Shown here piece by piece: positions 57,074 through 64,000 of a DNA stretch of 64,000 nucleotides. Within the stretch, counting starts at the first letter, position 1. Each line of letters begins with the position of its first letter. This DNA is from an uncultured virus (IMG/VR IMGVR_UViG_3300013132_000043) (lineage: Duplodnaviria > Heunggongvirae > Uroviricota > Caudoviricetes): IMG/VR virus record IMGVR_UViG_3300013132_000043, one strand, 5' to 3'. The notes below the pieces were generated by a model, which was given only the letters and a program-made list of their open reading frames with translations, made no database searches and was not told the DNA's origin. Position numbers and translations under genes: made by a program.

Positions 57074-57127
57074 TTTTTATTTTCCGTATTTTTTTGGAAA
57101 ACCTATAAATTTCTATTTATAGTAGAA

Positions 57128-60100
57128 ATGATTCAGAAGCATAGAATTTCCACAAATATTGGTAGAGACCAAAGAGTCACTGTCGAGTTAAAACAAGACT
57201 ATGACCTCTTGGAGATTTTGTCTCTAAAATTCACCCAAAGTGATGTCTATGCTTCGATGTGCTCAGATTATGGGGTTGTTGTTGGTAGGATATCAGTTAA
57301 TAACGGATTTGGAGTTCCTAATGCTAGAGTTTCTATCTTTATTCCCATAACGGATGAGGATAGTGAAGACCCCGTAATATCCGCATTATACCCATTTACT
57401 TCAGTAAACGATAAAGATGAAAAGGGTTATAGATATAACCTATTACCATCAAGGAAACAACACGGAGGACACGAACCAACAGGAACATTCCCCGACCAAA
57501 AAGATATTTTAACAAGAGAAGAGGTTCTTGAAGTTTACGAGAAATATTACAAATACACCGCAAAGACCAACGATGCGGGTGATTTCATGATATGGGGAAT
57601 ACCCACAGGTAATCAAACCATTCACGTTGATGTTGATTTATCTGACATAGGTTGTTTCTCACTTAGACCCGATGATTTTATTCGTCAAGGTATGGGTGTT
57701 GACCAATTTAAAAATGAATACACATTTAAAGCTTCAGAAGATATTGATTCATTGCCTCACATTGTTTCTTTTAATCAAACGATAGACGTTTTCCCGTTTT
57801 GGGGAAATGAAGATATATGTGAAATTGGAATAACAAGAACCGATTTTGATTTATCGAACAAGGGTGTAAAGATTGAACCTAAAGCGTATCTAATCGGAGG
57901 TACATATACCGATACAGGAAAATCTGCATTAAATAAAAATTGTGCTCCAAGAAGAAAAATGGGGCGTAAATGTGACCTAACAACAAAGACAGGTAAGATA
58001 GAGGCGATAAGATTTACAAGTCAAAAGGATGTTAAGTTAAGACCAATATTAGAGGAATTACCAATTAATGAGGACATAGACGAAGATGGTTCATTCATTG
58101 TTGCACTCCCAATGAACATGGATTATTTGTACACAAATGAATTCGGTGAAAATGAATATACAAATGACCCAAATAAAGGAATTCCAACATCATCATGTTA
58201 TAGATTTAGAATAAGTTTATCGGATGAGGGAATGGAAAAAATTAGAGTTAACGCAGACTACTTGGCACCAAACATTAGAGAATATGAAAATACAATCGGA
58301 AACCCATACGAAAAAGAAAAATCGTACGCCTTTTCTATTAATTTTGATGACTACCCACAACACGCGGTAGAAAATTTTATACTTAATTCTACTGATGGTT
58401 TTTATTATCCGAGAGATTATTTTTATCGAGTAACATATAACAAGGTTTATACTGTATCATCATTTCAAGGTTCATACTTTAAAGGCAATACATTTACAAA
58501 AGATAGATATCTTGGTTTAAAAGAGTTGGTACCTTCAGAAGAGGAAGATTGTGCTTCAAGTGCAGTAACCCCACCGGTAAATTTTGGATTTAAAAATTAT
58601 ACATTTCAATTACTAATTGCGGATGTTTTACTTTTATTTGAACACTTAATAAATTTATTCACATTTCTTTTAACAAATGCACTTGTAAACTTTTTACATG
58701 GTTTTGCGGAAGCCGTTGATTTCTTTCCAATAAAAAAATTATCGAAAACAATCCGTAAGGGGGCATATACAATACAGGATGCCACACAAAGAAAATTATA
58801 TTTAATAAATTATCCTGAATGTGAAGAATGTAATGGTGAAAACGAATTTGGTACATCTCAAGGAGGTGTATCTGAAATTGAATATTGCGAAGTTGGCACA
58901 ATAAGAATACATGGTTCGAGTGAGGAAACACCTAGAACGGGATTTACAGTATCAAATGATGTTTTTTTCCAAACGAACCCATATACAGGGTCACCCCAAC
59001 CATGTACAGGGGCAACGTTAATAGTGAACACCACCCAATGTGCAAGAGCACAGGATTTTGTTAATAATCAATCAAACTATGTTTTAACATATACCTCTAA
59101 TGGTATAACAAATATTATCCCATTAGGAAGTGGAGGTGTACAATTTAATATTGATATTATTTATGACCCAAATCCACCATATGATTGTGCAAGTTATGAT
59201 TTAACATTTGATGACCCCGGTGGATTCTTTAACGAATCAATTGACTATGATTGTGAAATTAGAGATAAAAATTCACCTGTAAATCCAGCATCAGCAATAA
59301 CGGCACAACTTGAATCTGAGTGTGATTTATATGATGTTCCATATAATGAAAGCATAGTTTCTAAATATTTTGTTGGTACGGGTAGAACACAATACAATCC
59401 GGGTTCTTTACCGGCAGGCGCAGACATCTCCGCAACTAGAATATCAGATAGAGATTATTTTGGATTACCAACTTCATATGAAGGTTTATCGTTCTCACCA
59501 AATACACCGGCAGACGGTCCTAACTCTGGTGGGTCCTACGCGTTTTCGGAATTTAGTAACGGAGTGTTTTATTTTATACCCGGAACACAAAGCGCCACTA
59601 GAATATTTTCAATTCTTAAAGAATACAGAAGAAGAAAAAGAGTTGGTACAATGTTCTGTGGAGGAATTGTTAATTATGGATTCTTAGATAACTGGTTAAG
59701 CGGTTCATTATATTTCTTTCAATTCAAAGCTAAAGTTAAATGGGATGACGAAAAGGCATTAGATTTAAATTATGGTCGTACAAATTACTGCGAAGATTTA
59801 GTTCTATATAAAGTAAAAGAAGAGACTACCGGTTTTCCTGTAAAAAGATTTTATTATCGTTCTACGTTATCAAACTCATCAGGAACATTCATTGGTGAAA
59901 CATATAATAGCACATTTAAAAGACTTGGTCATCCGACCACATTAGTTGATTTAGGACCAAGAGATGAATTTATTAGAGAAATATGTACTGACCCAACACT
60001 TGACCCAAATTGCTCGGTCGTAAGGTCTATTGGACCATCGTCATTTCAAAGTTTTGGAGAACTATTAGGTTTAGTTATAAATTATAGAATGGATACCGAA

Positions 60101-61006
60101 GACGATGGAAATTTTAGTCTTGATGAATTTTTCGATAACGATGGATTCCAAGATTCGGGATTTGGTAAAAAAGTTTTAGATGGAGATATATTACAATTGA
60201 TATCAATTAATAATGAGGTGGGTATTGAAGAATTCAATCTTCAAAGTCCAAAATACCTTGGTTATTCATATCAAATTCTTGACCCCGAAACTTATCCTGC
60301 GGTATTCCAGAACGGAAGCAACCCCGATGTTTGGGGACCAACACCGATAACATTTGATTTTGATGAGGATGGTCAAAGAGTTCGAGCTTGTCTAAATGAA
60401 CCTGGTAGATTAACAGAATCATCTCAAAACGTTCCATTCTTTTTATGGAATAAAGGCGGAACAGGTTTTGGACCATATGACAACGGCACTAAAGATGACC
60501 AATCGTGGGATTATGAAATTATCCAATCACAACCATTACAGGGTATGACATATGGATATACATTGACCGGTGGAACAAATGACCCATCAGACAAATACTT
60601 GTTATTACCAATGACTTATACATATAGTGGATTATCAATAACAGGTTTGAACGTAACAAATAGTGTTGAATTTGATGTTGTTGAAGCGTCAGTAACAGAT
60701 AACCACACATCATATGATACACAATACCCCGGCTTTACTTATTTATGGGTTACAGGTGGTACTATCACAACACCAACCGCGGGTATATTATATACGAGGT
60801 ACGGCACAGCGGGTACTTGGCACACGTTAAGTTGGAATAGCGGTATGGATTTTATCATTAGAAAAACAGAAGATTATTATTCGGGTTTTAAACAGATTTT
60901 ATCTACACCATTCCAATTTTATTTTGGATTAAGACCCGGCAATACTGGCGTTGATAAATTTATAAAAAGATTTGGTCCTTTAGGAGCATTTCCCGCATCT
61001 GAATAA
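57128..61006 (+). CDS. Large putative baseplate/tail structural protein
   Basis: N-terminal GVVVGRISVNNGFGVPNARVSIF...TN..GDFMIWGIP.G (carboxypeptidase-regulatory-like beta sandwich), an internal hydrophobic helix and TATTTAT upstream. Confidence 0.6.
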   Translation: MIQKHRISTNIGRDQRVTVELKQDYDLLEILSLKFTQSDVYASMCSDYGVVVGRISVNNGFGVPNARVSIFIPITDEDSEDPVISALYPFTSVNDKDEKGYRYNLLPSRKQHGGHEPTGTFPDQKDILTREEVLEVYEKYYKYTAKTNDAGDFMIWGIPTGNQTIHVDVDLSDIGCFSLRPDDFIRQGMGVDQFKNEYTFKASEDIDSLPHIVSFNQTIDVFPFWGNEDICEIGITRTDFDLSNKGVKIEPKAYLIGGTYTDTGKSALNKNCAPRRKMGRKCDLTTKTGKIEAIRFTSQKDVKLRPILEELPINEDIDEDGSFIVALPMNMDYLYTNEFGENEYTNDPNKGIPTSSCYRFRISLSDEGMEKIRVNADYLAPNIREYENTIGNPYEKEKSYAFSINFDDYPQHAVENFILNSTDGFYYPRDYFYRVTYNKVYTVSSFQGSYFKGNTFTKDRYLGLKELVPSEEEDCASSAVTPPVNFGFKNYTFQLLIADVLLLFEHLINLFTFLLTNALVNFLHGFAEAVDFFPIKKLSKTIRKGAYTIQDATQRKLYLINYPECEECNGENEFGTSQGGVSEIEYCEVGTIRIHGSSEETPRTGFTVSNDVFFQTNPYTGSPQPCTGATLIVNTTQCARAQDFVNNQSNYVLTYTSNGITNIIPLGSGGVQFNIDIIYDPNPPYDCASYDLTFDDPGGFFNESIDYDCEIRDKNSPVNPASAITAQLESECDLYDVPYNESIVSKYFVGTGRTQYNPGSLPAGADISATRISDRDYFGLPTSYEGLSFSPNTPADGPNSGGSYAFSEFSNGVFYFIPGTQSATRIFSILKEYRRRKRVGTMFCGGIVNYGFLDNWLSGSLYFFQFKAKVKWDDEKALDLNYGRTNYCEDLVLYKVKEETTGFPVKRFYYRSTLSNSSGTFIGETYNSTFKRLGHPTTLVDLGPRDEFIREICTDPTLDPNCSVVRSIGPSSFQSFGELLGLVINYRMDTEDDGNFSLDEFFDNDGFQDSGFGKKVLDGDILQLISINNEVGIEEFNLQSPKYLGYSYQILDPETYPAVFQNGSNPDVWGPTPITFDFDEDGQRVRACLNEPGRLTESSQNVPFFLWNKGGTGFGPYDNGTKDDQSWDYEIIQSQPLQGMTYGYTLTGGTNDPSDKYLLLPMTYTYSGLSITGLNVTNSVEFDVVEASVTDNHTSYDTQYPGFTYLWVTGGTITTPTAGILYTRYGTAGTWHTLSWNSGMDFIIRKTEDYYSGFKQILSTPFQFYFGLRPGNTGVDKFIKRFGPLGAFPASE

Positions 61007-62748
61007 TGGAAAAGAAAAGAGTCATATTACCAACTAAAAAATTCTTCGGAGCAATTAATGAAGATTTGAGTCTAAAAATAAATTTAGATGAAAGTAAAAA
61101 TTTGCTTAGAGAAGGTGATAGAACAATCATTCTTGACACATCAATACTTTTTGCAAAAGAGAGAAACGAAAGTCCACATTATAAAATACATGGAAAACTT
61201 AAAATGGTTTTCAGAAATTTGTATAGTGGAACTACGGGATATCAACCATTAAAGAAGAATTTATATTTAGTTTTTGATGATGGTAATCAGTTTGATGGGT
61301 TTTTACCATACAATGAATTTGCATTTTTAAGAGATGATGTTAAAAGAGAAACCAATGACCCTATTTCCACAAGTGTACTTTCAGCGTTTACTCAAAATAT
61401 AGTAGTAACTGGACAAACAGACCATGTTGAGGTTACACCAATAACAGCACCATTTCACAATTGGAATATTTGTTTATCATATATCTATTCGGGTGACCCA
61501 TCTCATCAAATGAAATATACATTGAGTGGTAATACTGTCTATAGTTTTACTGCTCAAGATGGAATACCATTTAGAGTTACAGAAGACAGGTCGTCATATT
61601 ATCTAACAAGTCCGGTTGAGCATGGTATTAGTAAGGGAGAATATGTTGTGATATCAGGAGGTACATTAAATAACACAGTACCACAGTCGGGAAGAACATT
61701 TTCGGTTGTTTCGGTTGGTAATGAAAAGTTTAATTCTGAAAATTATGTTTTAGAAATAAGCAAATCAGAAGTTCCATCAGGTACTACGTTGTCTACGGTT
61801 GTTCTTGGTAAAAGATGTATTAACAGAAACAGATTAACTGAAACAATTTCAACATATTATGTTCATAAACATAAAGTGTTAACCATGGGAGATGCCTTTA
61901 TTTTAGATAAGATTGGTTTTGAATCTTCAGTTTGGGAAAATGAAAAGAAATTAGTATTTGAAAATAGTGTTGGAGATAATGATGTATTGGTTGTAAGAAA
62001 CAGAATGGAATCATTGGTTTATGATTTTAAACAACCATTTACTTTAACAGGTCTAACAAATAATCTCGGATACCTACCAACTGATGTGTATGTGTCTATT
62101 GTTTTTAAAAACAAAAACGGATATTTTGATTATCCCTATAAAGTTGGTTATAAGTTTAATTTCCATGATACATGGATTGACCAACATTTTAGTGGAACAA
62201 CGTCGTTAGAAACATCGGTACCTTATGGTACGTTTACAAAATCAGGAAATACTTTTATTTCTGGTGGTACGATTACGACAGGTACAACATTAACGGGTGC
62301 ATTTATAGAATATAATAGGTCAGAATTAAAAGAAAGAGTTGTTAGTGAAGCATATCATAAGATTACATCACCAACAACAATATTCGACCATAACCAAGAT
62401 GACCCCACATCATATTCGGGAGCGTCGGAAAATAATAAATTTGGTATATACTATCAACCACATCATAGAGTGAAACTTAGGGAATTATCTCCTTATGTTG
62501 AGACATCTACAACAAATCAAATATATGGGTTACCACAAAATGCTAAGTATTTCTCAGAAGAGTCTTTATGGAAATGGAGAGATGTTTACGACCATGGGTT
62601 CATAGACCCAGAGGGATTTGGTACAAACTATCCTTACATTAACAATATTCATTATGTAAAAAATGATATTAATTTCTATTTACGTAATGAACAACAATAT
62701 ACCAATAAAAAAGATGGAAATTATAAAATAAAAAGATTTAAGTGTTAA
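61006..62748 (+). CDS. Putative virion structural protein
   Basis: 580 aa, beta-rich, coupled to the previous gene, with 11 [ST]GxT motifs. Confidence 0.6.
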   Translation: MEKKRVILPTKKFFGAINEDLSLKINLDESKNLLREGDRTIILDTSILFAKERNESPHYKIHGKLKMVFRNLYSGTTGYQPLKKNLYLVFDDGNQFDGFLPYNEFAFLRDDVKRETNDPISTSVLSAFTQNIVVTGQTDHVEVTPITAPFHNWNICLSYIYSGDPSHQMKYTLSGNTVYSFTAQDGIPFRVTEDRSSYYLTSPVEHGISKGEYVVISGGTLNNTVPQSGRTFSVVSVGNEKFNSENYVLEISKSEVPSGTTLSTVVLGKRCINRNRLTETISTYYVHKHKVLTMGDAFILDKIGFESSVWENEKKLVFENSVGDNDVLVVRNRMESLVYDFKQPFTLTGLTNNLGYLPTDVYVSIVFKNKNGYFDYPYKVGYKFNFHDTWIDQHFSGTTSLETSVPYGTFTKSGNTFISGGTITTGTTLTGAFIEYNRSELKERVVSEAYHKITSPTTIFDHNQDDPTSYSGASENNKFGIYYQPHHRVKLRELSPYVETSTTNQIYGLPQNAKYFSEESLWKWRDVYDHGFIDPEGFGTNYPYINNIHYVKNDINFYLRNEQQYTNKKDGNYKIKRFKC

Positions 62749-62749
62749 A

Positions 62750-63601
62750 GTGGAATTAGTTAGAAGAAATATTGACCAAAATTTAATTGTAGACCCGACT
62801 CAAAATTTTAAAACTGATTTGGGGTGGACTGAGTCTGCTGAAATCATGGAAAAAGAAATTCTTTATCAGATTATTAACCCAATAGAGAATTATGAGACGG
62901 TAAGATACATACATAAACCATACACAAATGTTAGTGGATTTAGTCAAACGGACATTTGGTTCTACTTTTATTTTGGCGATTATCAGTATAATAATTCAAA
63001 CCCCACAAATCCAATTATTACGGGTGTGACGTTTAAACAAGATTATCAGTTAATGGATATAACATTACAAGAAAATGCTTTAATGTTAAAACAATCAACT
63101 GAAAGTTTTTTTAGATTAGAATTTTATAAAACACCAAATGATGTTGCACCTAACAATACAAATAAAAGAATGGTTTTTGCTAAAAATTTAGCACTTCCAT
63201 TGGGTGAAAAAATATTCTATACAGGAACAACATCGGGTTCAACAATACCGATGAATGACTATATATACTTCCCTGTCTTTATGGGTTCAAATTATAGAAA
63301 CAAAGAGAATATGTATTTCTTTTGGTTTACGGACGATACGCCATTTGATGAAACAACTTTGACGGGAAATACATTTTACATGACCGCCAAATTTTATAAC
63401 GCAAAGACAAGTGAAATTTTTGATTTTACAAATAAAACAAAGACACCTAACGGTACAATTGTCGAAGAAAATGACTTATACTATAAAGTTGTAATTGATA
63501 GGAGCGATTTCTCATATCAAATATTTCGATTTAATGGTTCTGTTGGTTCAAGAATAGGTGAAACAAATGACCCAATAGTTTTTTATGAAAAATTCTTATA
63601 A
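62750..63601 (+). CDS. Putative virion structural protein
   Basis: 283 aa, GTG start 1 nt after the previous stop, aromatic and beta-rich. Confidence 0.6.
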   Translation: MELVRRNIDQNLIVDPTQNFKTDLGWTESAEIMEKEILYQIINPIENYETVRYIHKPYTNVSGFSQTDIWFYFYFGDYQYNNSNPTNPIITGVTFKQDYQLMDITLQENALMLKQSTESFFRLEFYKTPNDVAPNNTNKRMVFAKNLALPLGEKIFYTGTTSGSTIPMNDYIYFPVFMGSNYRNKENMYFFWFTDDTPFDETTLTGNTFYMTAKFYNAKTSEIFDFTNKTKTPNGTIVEENDLYYKVVIDRSDFSYQIFRFNGSVGSRIGETNDPIVFYEKFL

Positions 63602-64000
63602 AATATTAAGAAAGAACATTCCAAATGTTAGACTACATTCTCTTAGTGGTCAATTTTGGTACGACTATTTTGGTAATTGGGTCCCATGGTCAGGTTCTAC
63701 GACATTACCTCCTGACTCAGGAGATGTCGTCTATAATGTTACAGGTAGTCTTGCAACAGGATACTATAAGTGGACAGGTAGTGCGTGGTCTTCGATAACT
63801 GAAGCAACTGCTGTAGGTAGTCACGATGTTCCACTATTTTTAGAATCGTCAGTTGATGAAATGGGGGTAATGGTTGGGTTTGATGGATATATGGAACAAG
63901 TTGAACAAATATGTAATTTTTCATACACTCAGACAGGAAACACTGTTCAGGTTTATAATACGGTGGATTCAACCAAGGTATCTGAAATACACACAGTTAA
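63585..64000 (+). CDS. Partial putative structural protein (runs off the right edge)
   Basis: Not in the ORF track. ATG 63585 reads MKNSYKILRKNIPNVRLHSLSGQFWYDYFGNWVPWSGSTT... and is open to the end of the window. Confidence 0.75.
   Translation, partial: MKNSYKILRKNIPNVRLHSLSGQFWYDYFGNWVPWSGSTTLPPDSGDVVYNVTGSLATGYYKWTGSAWSSITEATAVGSHDVPLFLESSVDEMGVMVGFDGYMEQVEQICNFSYTQTGNTVQVYNTVDSTKVSEIHTV

Noticed and set aside
205..63972. Many 60-170 aa ORFs antisense to or nested in long genes (e.g. 4995..5483, 9725..10156, 17416..17703, 46781..47221, 48908..49426)
   Set aside because: Shadow frames of real genes, with no motifs or promoters. The Val-Gly ORF at 17416 is just the reverse of the Thr-Pro repeat.
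1..64000. Stop-codon reassignment as in some Bacteroidota phages
   Set aside because: Core genes (PolB, NrdAB, sheath, DnaB) are full length in the standard code and coding density is high.

Overview
The window is a 64 kb, AT-rich, densely coding segment of a large (probably jumbo) contractile-tailed dsDNA phage distantly related to T4-like myoviruses. The host is most likely a Bacteroidota bacterium: there are TTTG-N19/20-TAnnTTTG promoters, no Shine-Dalgarno sites and a DUF4494-like gene. Virion genes (spike, neck, tail terminator, sheath, tube, chaperone, tape measure, hub, wedge) are interleaved with replication and nucleotide genes (PolB, SNF2 helicase, gp32-like SSB, RecA/UvsX, 5'-3' exonuclease, DnaB, NrdAB, dUTPase, PhoH), a gp55-like late sigma factor and three glycosyltransferases. 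The main observations beyond routine annotation: (1) a short [S/T]-G-x-T peptide motif is strongly enriched in predicted surface virion proteins and nearly absent from enzymes and internal tail proteins, which together with three GTs and a mucin-like protein suggests a phage-encoded virion glycosylation system with its own sequon; (2) a sense-strand TATTTAT late-promoter motif precedes 16 genes, many with almost no leader; (3) the tail chaperone appears to use a +1 programmed frameshift (TTT_TTT_CGC); (4) an origin-like CTAG repeat cluster with a parS-like palindrome lies between sheath and tube; (5) an unannotated ribbon-helix-helix gene with a candidate operator is divergent from the sheath gene. 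All family calls come from motif recognition by eye, not database searches. No tRNA, rRNA, CRISPR array, integrase, intron or intein was seen.
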